DNA of 64,000 bases from an uncultured candidate division Zixibacteria bacterium (GTDB taxonomy: Bacteria; Zixibacteria; MSB-5A5; UBA10806; 4484-95): the NCBI GenBank assembly GCA_963668625.2, contig CAXXKA010000006.1:544001-608000 (forward strand). Direction: 5' to 3'. Made by a program: the position numbers and the translations under genes. Numbering within the stretch: position 1 is the first letter of the stretch; every line of letters begins with the position of its first letter. Below, in pieces: positions 1-8,742 of this stretch. The notes beneath the pieces are model-generated. The model had not been told where the DNA came from, did not search any database, and saw only the letters and a list, made by a program, of their open reading frames with translations.

Positions 1-2020
1 CGATGGTTCGCAGTTGGTTTTCGTCTCAAAATCTCATGGGCAGGATGCTTTGTTTTTCGTCGAGGAAGAAACTAAAAATATATTCGATAAATACCGACCG
101 AATATGAGTTCTCTTCAAAGCCCGAGCTGGTCGCCGGTGGGGGATAAAGTCGTTGTCAAGGGCGTATTCGAGAACCAATCGGATCTCTATGTTTACGATA
201 TTAACAGCCGTGAATTTACCCAGCTCACCGATGACAAATACGATGATGCCGATCCCGATTTTTCACCCGATGGTACTTTGATAGCATTCAGCTCCGACAG
301 GCCTGTCGGTTATGCCGAGGATGACAGCGTTTTTACCTACGGTCAGTACAATTTATTCATGTACGATATGGAAACCGGCGAGATTACCGCTTTAACCGAT
401 GATGACACTAAAAGCTGGGATCCCGATTTTTCGCCCGATGGTACTATGCTGGCGTACTGCTCTTATCGTAACGGTATATCCAATATTTACGTGCATACTA
501 TCGAAACCGGCGAGGATTTCCCGGTTACTGATATCATCTCCGGTGCGTTTTCGCCCAGTTGGTCTCCTGAGGGCGATAAGATCGCAGTCAGTGTTTATAA
601 CTATTACGGCTACGATATCGCGACGATCAAGGATATCAAACCGATAGCCGAGGGCGAACTCGAGCCGACATTGTTCCGCGCCACCGGCCGTCTGTACCCC
701 GAAAAAGATGTTGTTGTTGATGCAGAGGATGAGGAGAAGCCGGAACCTGAACAGAAAGCAGATTACTCCCGTTTCATATTCGAGGCCGGTAAAGAGTTCA
801 CCGAGGCAAAAACCGATAGTATCAGCGAGAGAAAAGATATCGAGGGAGAAGAGCTTGCGGAGCTGGAGGCCGATACTCTTAAATATCTCGAACCTGACGG
901 CTCATACGTTCAGAAAAAATACAAACCCAAGTTTTCTCCGGAGCTGATAGCCGGTGGTTTCAGCTATGATAATTTTTATGGTTTGCAGGGGCAATCGTAT
1001 ATCTCGATTTCAGATATGATGGGCAACCATCACTTTTATATCTTTACCGATGTTATCAATTCGCTCGATCAATCGAACATTCAGGTTGTTTATAATTACC
1101 TGGCAGATCGATTCGACTACTCGGTAGGCTTGTTCCATTTCAAAAATACTTACTGGGATGATCATAACCGTTGGTATTTTTCCGACAGGCTTTACGGTGG
1201 TTCCGGAGCGATAAGCTACCCGTTTTCCAGGTTCCGCCGCCTGGATTTGAATGTGAACTGGATCGGTATCGACAGGGAGGTTCTCGATTTTTACAATGAG
1301 GAACCCGAGCACACCACCAGTCTGACTACCGCCTCGCTGTCATATATCAACGATGGCGTGATCTGGGGAGTTGTCGGGCCCGTTTACGGCCAGAGATATA
1401 AATTCACGATCGATAAATCATTCAAAGCGGTAGATTCCGGTTTGGACTACACCTCGGTGGAGATGGATTACCGCAGATATCTCCATTTCGGCAGGGAATA
1501 TAATTTCGCGATCCGCTTCGCCGGTGGCGCCTCATTCGGGGATGACGCCCGTCAATATTACCTGGGCGGCACATCTTATTGGATAGATCCCAAGCAGCAA
1601 ACTCGGGATATTTACAGCGAGAAGGATATTTATGTTAACAAGCTGGCTGTTCCTCTGAGGGGTTATAGATATTTCGAGTTCAGTGGTGAAAAATATGCCT
1701 TGATGAACATGGAACTGAGATTTCCGTTTATCGACTATTTGAAGATGCGCTGGCCGCTGGGAATGACACTGGCTCAGGTGCGCGGTTCAATATTCTGGGA
1801 TGTTGGAGCGGCTTTCGACTCATTCGATGATTTCGGGCTGTTTGATCATTACAAGGGATTCCCGAAATTGAATGATAAGTATGTTAAAAGCGGTGTCGGA
1901 TTTTCGGCGCAAGCCAATCTGGGTATATTTGTGCTCAGATACGATTTAGCCTGGAAGACTAATATCAGTAAATTTTTCGGCAAGCCGGAGTTTTATTTCT
2001 CGTTCGGCGCAAACTATTGA
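1..2020 (+). CDS. PD40/TolB-like beta-propeller fused to a C-terminal Omp85/BamA-type barrel (5'-partial)
   Basis: Repeated P(D/S)(F/W)SPDG motifs; C-terminal LRGY motif, 'ELRFP' strand and aromatic terminal strand FSFGANY; frame open from the window start. Confidence 0.8.
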   Translation, partial: DGSQLVFVSKSHGQDALFFVEEETKNIFDKYRPNMSSLQSPSWSPVGDKVVVKGVFENQSDLYVYDINSREFTQLTDDKYDDADPDFSPDGTLIAFSSDRPVGYAEDDSVFTYGQYNLFMYDMETGEITALTDDDTKSWDPDFSPDGTMLAYCSYRNGISNIYVHTIETGEDFPVTDIISGAFSPSWSPEGDKIAVSVYNYYGYDIATIKDIKPIAEGELEPTLFRATGRLYPEKDVVVDAEDEEKPEPEQKADYSRFIFEAGKEFTEAKTDSISERKDIEGEELAELEADTLKYLEPDGSYVQKKYKPKFSPELIAGGFSYDNFYGLQGQSYISISDMMGNHHFYIFTDVINSLDQSNIQVVYNYLADRFDYSVGLFHFKNTYWDDHNRWYFSDRLYGGSGAISYPFSRFRRLDLNVNWIGIDREVLDFYNEEPEHTTSLTTASLSYINDGVIWGVVGPVYGQRYKFTIDKSFKAVDSGLDYTSVEMDYRRYLHFGREYNFAIRFAGGASFGDDARQYYLGGTSYWIDPKQQTRDIYSEKDIYVNKLAVPLRGYRYFEFSGEKYALMNMELRFPFIDYLKMRWPLGMTLAQVRGSIFWDVGAAFDSFDDFGLFDHYKGFPKLNDKYVKSGVGFSAQANLGIFVLRYDLAWKTNISKFFGKPEFYFSFGANY

Positions 2021-2081
2021 TATTCCGAACGAAGATGAGCGAGAAATAGCATATTATCAATCATTGGCAAAATCATTCGAG

Positions 2082-2113
2082 CAGGGGCGTTCGCAAGAAC
2101 GCTCCTGATTTTT
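2082..2113 (+). terminator. Rho-independent terminator
   Basis: CAGGGGCGTTC-GCAA-GAACGCTCCTG followed by a T tract. Confidence 0.75.
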
Positions 2114-2114
2114 A

Positions 2115-2461
2115 TTGATCCTAAAAACCACCGGTTTAGCCGGTGTGTACGTTTAAAGCGAATCATTTGCAGAAAGTTTTATTATCAACAGCTACGATTG
2201 AGGTTCTAACTAGTGGCACTATCCTATATCTATCATTACCTCGGAAGGGATTGTTGAAAAAGTCATTTACATGAGTCGCTGGGCGGACGAAGTCCTTTGT
2301 TCATCCTTTCCCGGCGAAATACCGCATGATTTTCAGGTGGCAGGAAGGGATTCATGCCACCACCGTCATTCAACAAGGACTTTTTCAAGTTCAGGATGAT
2401 ATAGCCGGCTTAAGCCGGCAGGATAAAAGCCATCGGCCCTATGACAAGTGGCAGTTTACTT
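2115..2461 (-). mobile_element. Non-autonomous element B (IS200/IS605-end-like), copy 1, containing a nested MITE
   Basis: 2115-2246 aligns with 55829-55960; both ends align with 30630-30885; imperfect hairpins at each end (CACCGGTTTAGCCGGTG, GCCGGCTTAAGCCGGC); no ORF. Family assignment is inference. Confidence 0.55.
2247..2388 (+). mobile_element. MITE A copy 1 (right TIR truncated)
   Basis: GGGATTGTTGAAAAAGTC...GACTTTTTCAA; interior aligns with 36631-36731 and the reverse complement of 55961-56055. Confidence 0.75.
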
Positions 2462-2556
2462 ATTTAATTTGTATGGAAGGATATTATAACAGAATTTTTA
2501 GAATACAGTTGGCCACAAAATCGGAGTTTGGGAGCCAGAGATAAAAACCTCACTGA

Positions 2557-2582
2557 GCAGGGTGGAATCCTTTCCTGCCTGC
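2557..2582 (-). repeat. GGAA-AGGA-TTCC family hairpin
   Basis: GCAGGGTGGAA-TCCT-TTCCTGCCTGC on the + strand. Confidence 0.6.
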
Positions 2583-3120
2583 GGTTTTCGTGCAGTATGT
2601 CGCCGGTGGTAGTTTATTTGCATTGAGCCATAAACTCTATTTCATCAATAAAGTACAATTATCGTTTTTACGCTATATCTCTATCAATTTAACATGAAAT
2701 ATATTGATCCGAAAAAAGCATGGAATAATTATCTGACTCGGTTGTACCAATCAGTGCAGAAAATGCGGATACATTTTTGACCTGTTAGGTAGTTAACAGC
2801 ATGGGGAGTCTAGCTATAATAGTTTTCATTTGATCTTGAGGTGTGTTTGCCGAGGAAAGCTTCGCCTATGCTTAAAACGGATAGAAAAATAAACACTTTC
2901 TACGGAATAGTTTCCCATAAAGCCCCGGGGGCCTGGTCGGTATCGGCCGGTCTAACCCAAGCCGGCCCAATATCTTTTCGATATAACCATTATAACACTA
3001 TTGGCTTTAGCGCAGAGCCATGCTCCGGTCGTGCCCCCTTTTTTGCTTTGAAATATTCATCGATTATTTATGTTTCGGCAGCACCGAAATCGAAGCAAAA
3101 CCGCGATAATTTATAATTGA

Positions 3121-5445
3121 ATGGAGCTAGGTATGAAACATACTATAATGATTTTATTGATTATAATATCACCCGTATTGTCATTTTCACAGATAACTTT
3201 CACTCGACATATACTTGAGGATAATTTCCCCCAGACCATGTCCGTCGGCTCATACGATATCGATGGCGATGGTGATGAGGATGTATTAGGATGCAGCTAC
3301 GGGTTGAATTCGTGTTGCTGGTGGGAAAATCAGGGCAGTGGTAATTTCGCGAAACATACTATCGCGATGATCTCAACTCCGCGAGTTATTTGTGCGGATG
3401 ATTTCGACGGGGACGGCTATGGCGATATCGTTGCGACATCATACGGAAACAGCAGCATATATCTATGGCTGAATGATGGAGATAACAATTTTACCGAATA
3501 TATAGTATCGAACGATTTCGCACTCGCTCACACGGTTTGTATCGAGGACCTCGATCGTGACGGCGATAAGGATATATTGGCCTCATCGTATTGCTCGATA
3601 GGAATATCATGGTTTGAAAATAACGGCGAGTACCAATTCGAGGAACACATTGTTTCTCAAGGCGGCGATAATTACCCCTGCGTATATGCCGCCGATATCG
3701 ACGGCGATAATGATACCGATATTCTCGGAACATTATTCGGCAACGGCCGGATCAGCTGGTGGTGCAATGACGGCGACAATAATTATTCCGAACGAATCAT
3801 AACTGTCGATTTCCCCGGCGCGCATTGGACACATGCCAACGATCTCGACGGTGACGGTGATATGGATGTCCTAGGAGCATCGTACACGAACTCGAAAATA
3901 AGCTGGTGGGAAAACGATGGCGAAGAATATTTTACCGAGCATGTTCTTGGAGACATGTTCTACGGAGCTACCTCCGTGTGGTCGGATGATTTCGATGGTG
4001 ATGGCGATATGGACGTGTTCGGGGCGGCCGAGGAAGCCGATGAAGTAAGGTGGTGGACGAATCTCGGTAATGGAGGTTTCGAGGAGCATATCATTTGTGG
4101 TGATTTCGACGGCGCCAGTCATGTTCATGTGGCTGATATCGATAACGACGGCGATAAGGATGTCATGTGTGCCGGAAGATTCGAGGGGAGTATAGCCTGG
4201 TGGGCTAACGATACCTTCCAGTTCGCTATCGATGCCTCGCCTCTTACCGGAAATTTCCCCCTGGATGTGCAATTTTCGGAAATGTGCAATGCAGATTGGC
4301 CGATCACCCAATGGGCCTGGGATTTCCAAGGTGACGGCAGCGTGGACTCCTACGATCAACACCCCTCGTTTACCTATAATACTCATGGTGATTACTCGGT
4401 TTACCTCACTGTTGGCGACGGCTTTCATAACCGCGAGATTCTTTACCATGAGTATATACATGTATTCGATGGATTCAGCGCTTTGGAGTTCGATGGCATG
4501 GAAAGCTACGCCGGCTGCGATGGCTCCGGGGAAAACAACATGACCGGCGAATTGACTTTGGAGGCATGGATCAAACCATATGGCTGGGGTGAAAATAGTT
4601 CGAACGGGTTGGGTAAAATAATCGAAAAAGAAAAATTCTCTCTTTACCTGATAACGGAAAACCTTTCACTTAATGATAATAGCCTGGTTTTCCAGATCAA
4701 AGATTCTACCGGTCGAACCTCCGTAATAAATACCGAAGCTTACTCGATCAACTTAAACCGGTGGCAGCATATCGCGGCTATTTATTCGGCTAATGGCGAT
4801 GTCAGCATATTTATCGATGATAACGAGCAGGAACTGGATTATATGAACCATCCAACGGGAGGTATAGAGGATAACTCCGGGTTCGATTTACTAATTGGAA
4901 ACTCCTACAATCGAGCGAGATCATTCGAGGGGGTAATAGACGAGGTCAGGATATGGGATATCGCTCGAAGCCGGGAAGATATTCAAGCGGCGATGAATTG
5001 CCGTCTTTCGGGAAGTGAGACGGGACTTAGAGTATACTGGCCACTCGATGAGGGAAACGGTGAGCTTATCGCGGATGAGTCCGGTGGCGGAAATGACGGT
5101 GAAATTTACCTGGCCAATTGGCTGCAGGGAATAAACCTGAATCCAACCGGTGTTAGTGAGACGATAGAGAATGTTTTACCGGATGATATCAGCGCATTAT
5201 ATGCTTACCCCAATCCGTTCAACGCCGCCACTATTATTAAATTCAATCTTAAAAAATCAATGCCTGTTAACCTGGATATTTATGATATTCAGGGCAGAAA
5301 AATATATGATGTTTTTGTTGACGAAACACGGCCGGGTGAAAATCAAATTTCCTGGAACGCCGAAAAGTTAGCGTCAGGAATCTATCTGTATCGTTTAACC
5401 GCCGGTGAATTAAGTCAGTCGAAAAAGTTGGTGTTAATCAAGTAG
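3121..5445 (+). CDS. Secreted FG-GAP/VCBS repeat + PKD + LamG protein with T9SS-type C-terminal domain
   Basis: Signal peptide (probable start 3133); repeated DxDGDGDxD motifs; WAWDF PKD motif; LamG motifs TLEAWIK and IDEVRIW; YPNPFN...KKLVLIK tail. Confidence 0.85.
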   Translation: MELGMKHTIMILLIIISPVLSFSQITFTRHILEDNFPQTMSVGSYDIDGDGDEDVLGCSYGLNSCCWWENQGSGNFAKHTIAMISTPRVICADDFDGDGYGDIVATSYGNSSIYLWLNDGDNNFTEYIVSNDFALAHTVCIEDLDRDGDKDILASSYCSIGISWFENNGEYQFEEHIVSQGGDNYPCVYAADIDGDNDTDILGTLFGNGRISWWCNDGDNNYSERIITVDFPGAHWTHANDLDGDGDMDVLGASYTNSKISWWENDGEEYFTEHVLGDMFYGATSVWSDDFDGDGDMDVFGAAEEADEVRWWTNLGNGGFEEHIICGDFDGASHVHVADIDNDGDKDVMCAGRFEGSIAWWANDTFQFAIDASPLTGNFPLDVQFSEMCNADWPITQWAWDFQGDGSVDSYDQHPSFTYNTHGDYSVYLTVGDGFHNREILYHEYIHVFDGFSALEFDGMESYAGCDGSGENNMTGELTLEAWIKPYGWGENSSNGLGKIIEKEKFSLYLITENLSLNDNSLVFQIKDSTGRTSVINTEAYSINLNRWQHIAAIYSANGDVSIFIDDNEQELDYMNHPTGGIEDNSGFDLLIGNSYNRARSFEGVIDEVRIWDIARSREDIQAAMNCRLSGSETGLRVYWPLDEGNGELIADESGGGNDGEIYLANWLQGINLNPTGVSETIENVLPDDISALYAYPNPFNAATIIKFNLKKSMPVNLDIYDIQGRKIYDVFVDETRPGENQISWNAEKLASGIYLYRLTAGELSQSKKLVLIK

Positions 5446-5456
5446 AGAGGTGAAAC

Positions 5457-6545
5457 ATGAAAATTCTTAAGGCGATAATCTCACTGGCGATAATTATCGT
5501 TACGACCGCTGTTTGTACGGCTCAATATTCCGGGCCTGAAAGCGTAGTCTTCGACTATGCTAACGACCGTTATTTCGTTGCGAATTGCTCGAGTGGAAAA
5601 ATCCAGGTACTGGACATGAACTATAACCCGATAGATTCGATTACGGGGCAGGGCGCCTGCCTGGGCATGTGTATCGTTGATAATGTCCTGTATGTCTCAT
5701 GCAGTTCCAACGTGCGCGGTTTCGACCTCGATACTTTCGAGCGGGTGATGAATGTCTCCTGCATGTTGGCGGGTCATTTCGACGGCCAGACCTCGGCCGG
5801 GGATGGTTACCTTTACGTGATCGATACCGGAGGCTGGCTAATAAGGATCGATCTGGATGAGGGCGAGGCCGAACGCTATATGCCTCTGAATATGTCCGGA
5901 TATCCGCAGGATTGTGTTTATGATTTCATCAACAATAGAATCGTGGTCGTTACCTGGGGCCCCAGTTCCGAAATAAAAGCGGTCGATTTAGCCGACTCGT
6001 CCATAAGCACTATTTTACCGGTCAGTGTCGGCTACTGGGATGGTATCACTATTGATGATGAAGGCTCGTTCTATCTCGCATCGCATACTAATCTCGGATG
6101 CATATTCAAATATGATAACTTATTCGCCAATGAGCCTGAACTTATCTCGAGGGGGCATGACGAACCGGCGGGATTGGGGATTAATAACCGGGATGATATT
6201 TTAGCTGTTCCTAATTTCGGAGGTAACTCCGTGGATTTTATCCCGTTGGCCACCTCAATCGATGATAAGGATGTATTGCCGGATGATATATATTTAGCTT
6301 TCAACTACCCTAATCCGTTTAACGGTTCTACGACAATCAGGTATGGTCTTAAAACCGATAGCCACGTGACAATCGAGTTGTATGATATACTCGGCCGTAA
6401 GCTCCGGGAACTCTATGAGGGACGCCGTAGCGCGGGTGAATATTTACTAACCTGGAATGCCGATGGATATGCTACGGGTGTATATTATTGCAATATTCGT
6501 TTCGATGACACGAATCACTATTTGCGTATGACTTATATTAAGTAA
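5457..6545 (+). CDS. Secreted SMP-30/gluconolactonase-like beta-propeller protein with T9SS-type C-terminal domain
   Basis: Signal peptide, GPESV start motif, 'DGITID' blade, NYPNPFN tail. Confidence 0.75.
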   Translation: MKILKAIISLAIIIVTTAVCTAQYSGPESVVFDYANDRYFVANCSSGKIQVLDMNYNPIDSITGQGACLGMCIVDNVLYVSCSSNVRGFDLDTFERVMNVSCMLAGHFDGQTSAGDGYLYVIDTGGWLIRIDLDEGEAERYMPLNMSGYPQDCVYDFINNRIVVVTWGPSSEIKAVDLADSSISTILPVSVGYWDGITIDDEGSFYLASHTNLGCIFKYDNLFANEPELISRGHDEPAGLGINNRDDILAVPNFGGNSVDFIPLATSIDDKDVLPDDIYLAFNYPNPFNGSTTIRYGLKTDSHVTIELYDILGRKLRELYEGRRSAGEYLLTWNADGYATGVYYCNIRFDDTNHYLRMTYIK

Positions 6546-6634
6546 CCTCCCGGGTTATTATTTTCTCTATCAAAATCCCCGAAACCGCAGACTCCTGTCC
6601 TGAGTTATTTTAACGAAGGATAGGAGTCACTTCT

Positions 6635-6769
6635 ATGAACAAATTCATGTTTTACGCCATTGCTGTTTTATCGATATTATATTCCCTACCGGTATCGTCC
6701 CGGAACCTTACCTGTATTGAATCCATCGAGACCGGGGGAGAGGCGTGCAGTATCAATTTTATGATCTGA
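6635..6769 (+). pseudogene. 44-codon signal-peptide-bearing ORF, probable truncated secreted-protein gene
   Basis: AGGAG upstream; translates MNKFMFYAIAVLSILYSLPVSSRNLTCIESIETGGEACSINFMI*. Confidence 0.35.
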
Positions 6770-6854
6770 CATTAATCAAATAGAAAAGGGAGCTGGTCGC
6801 TCCCTCTTGAAATCTATACTCATCCAGTAAAAGAATATTTGAATTGAAATAAAA

Positions 6855-8210
6855 TCAACTCACCGGTTTGCTATGCATAACCGGTTTTTGAGCTTTGATC
6901 TTGATATATCCGCCCCTGCCGATTGTCAGGAAATTGTATTCAAGCTTGACCAGGTGTTTCAGGTTAAACATGTTCCTGGTATCGAACAGGTTCGGCTCGG
7001 CCATTAACTCTTTGAGGCGATTGAGATTGATATTGCGGAACTCGTTCCAGTCGGTGGCAACGATAGCCAGGTTAGCCTGGTTGCAAGCGCTGAAAGCATC
7101 CTCGCAGTAGGTAATATCATCGATAATTCGTTTTGCCGCCGGCATGGCTATCGGGTCGTAGGCGTGAATGTCAGCACCGGCTCTTTTGAGGTTGTTGATA
7201 ATCGATATCGCCGGCGATTCGCGCATATCATCCGTGTTTTGCTTGAAGGCCAGTCCTAACAGGGCGACTTTTTTGCCTTTCAAGCTGCCGAAAAATTGCT
7301 CCGCTTTAGCCACGATATTATCTTTCTGAAGCCTGTTGACGTTCAGTACCGCTCGAGCGAGCTGGAAATCGTAATTGTGATCCTCGGCTATTTTATTCAA
7401 TGCGGCGACATCCTTGGGTAAGCACGAACCACCGAATCCCGGTCCGGGATGCAAGAATTTCGGGCCGATACGTTTGTCCATGCCTACTGCTCGAGCGACA
7501 TCGTAAACATCCGCGCCGACCTTATCACAAAGGTTGGCAATCTCGTTGATAAACGATATACGAAGCGCCAGCATCATGTTGGATGAATACTTGATCATCT
7601 CGGCGGTTTCATTGTTGGTGATAATAAACGGAGTTTCCAGAAGGTATAGCGGCCGGTAAATATCTTTCAGGATTGCCAGCGCGCGCGCCGAGTCGGAGCC
7701 CAGGATAATTCGATCAGGGTGAGTGAAATCCTGTACGGCCGATCCCTCGCGCAAGAATTCAGGATTCGAAACGACATCGAACTCTATCGGTTCGGTTTGG
7801 CTTTTACGGATAATCTCCGTTAGATGTTTGGCCGAACCTACCGGCACGGTGCTTTTATTGACAATCACCTTGTAGTCGTTCATGGTTTTGCCGATTTGCT
7901 CACCGACTTTTTCGAAATACTCGAGGTTGACACTGCCATTATCCTGCTCGGGCGTGCCCACGGCGATATAGATAACCAGGCTCTTATCGATAGCATCAGC
8001 TAAATCCGTGGAGAAAGCTAGCCGTCTCTGGCGAACGTTTCTCTCGATCAGATCAGCCAGGCCTATTTCATAGATGGGAACCTTGCCATTATTCAAGGCA
8101 TCGATTTTTGCTGCATCCGTATCGACGCATATAACATTCATGCCGAAATCAGCTAACCCGGTACCAGCTACCAGACCAACATAACCTGTACCGACAACGC
8201 AGATATTCAT
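6855..8210 (-). CDS. ugd: UDP-glucose 6-dehydrogenase
   Basis: GTGYVG Rossmann motif, SNPEFLREG, GFGGSCLPKD catalytic motif, FKQNTDDMRES. Confidence 0.93.
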   Translation of the reverse strand: MNICVVGTGYVGLVAGTGLADFGMNVICVDTDAAKIDALNNGKVPIYEIGLADLIERNVRQRRLAFSTDLADAIDKSLVIYIAVGTPEQDNGSVNLEYFEKVGEQIGKTMNDYKVIVNKSTVPVGSAKHLTEIIRKSQTEPIEFDVVSNPEFLREGSAVQDFTHPDRIILGSDSARALAILKDIYRPLYLLETPFIITNNETAEMIKYSSNMMLALRISFINEIANLCDKVGADVYDVARAVGMDKRIGPKFLHPGPGFGGSCLPKDVAALNKIAEDHNYDFQLARAVLNVNRLQKDNIVAKAEQFFGSLKGKKVALLGLAFKQNTDDMRESPAISIINNLKRAGADIHAYDPIAMPAAKRIIDDITYCEDAFSACNQANLAIVATDWNEFRNINLNRLKELMAEPNLFDTRNMFNLKHLVKLEYNFLTIGRGGYIKIKAQKPVMHSKPVS

Positions 8211-8446
8211 TTATTTACCTTTCTTTCCATCTCTCCGCCTATTTTCGTATTCTACCTACGAATGTATATTGTACGTTTAAAAATAGCAAAAGATTAAACA
8301 AATATTAGTATTGCATTTTGAATATTTCTCTATCGATCATATGTCTCTTGCTTACATGGAAAGGATGTTTACCGATGGAGGCGGGGCGAGATCGGGAAAC
8401 ACTGACTGTATAAATATATCGAATCACTACTGTCCGGCTTTTCCAT

Positions 8447-8545
8447 CTCGTTGCGAAGCGCTGCTTGGCAACGTAGCTTGTTTGCCGGCAGGATGCGCAT
8501 TCTACATTACTCAAGAAGGTTTCCAGGCAGCGCTTGGAAACCAGG
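8447..8545. repeat. REP-like hairpin doublet
   Basis: CGTTGCGAAGC-GCT-GCTTGGCAACG (8449-8473) and GGTTTCCAGGC-AGC-GCTTGGAAACC (8518-8542) are related to each other in inverted orientation. Confidence 0.5.
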
Positions 8546-8742
8546 AAACTAAGCCTAACATCGGCAGGACATGTCAGGATGCATGACATGCTCAATTCCA
8601 TGGAGAAATTTTAAATTTACCGAAAAACACCGGACACTAGTAATATCGAGGAATATTTTTTGCCAATAGATAAAGGTGATATAAAATCAATTAACGGAAA
8701 CATCGGATAAAAAAATATGAATCGATTCGATAAATTTGCCGC

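Noticed and set aside
2326-3116. ORFs 2326-2544 and 2841-3116
   Set aside because: They overlap MITE or repeat DNA, have no recognisable motifs and are probably spurious
3250-4170. Periodic GA(T/C)GG(T/C)GA repeats as a DNA repeat array
   Set aside because: They encode FG-GAP protein repeats and vary at synonymous positions
8305-8601. ORFs on both strands between ugd and the PHP-GT gene
   Set aside because: The region consists of REP-like hairpins with no protein motifs
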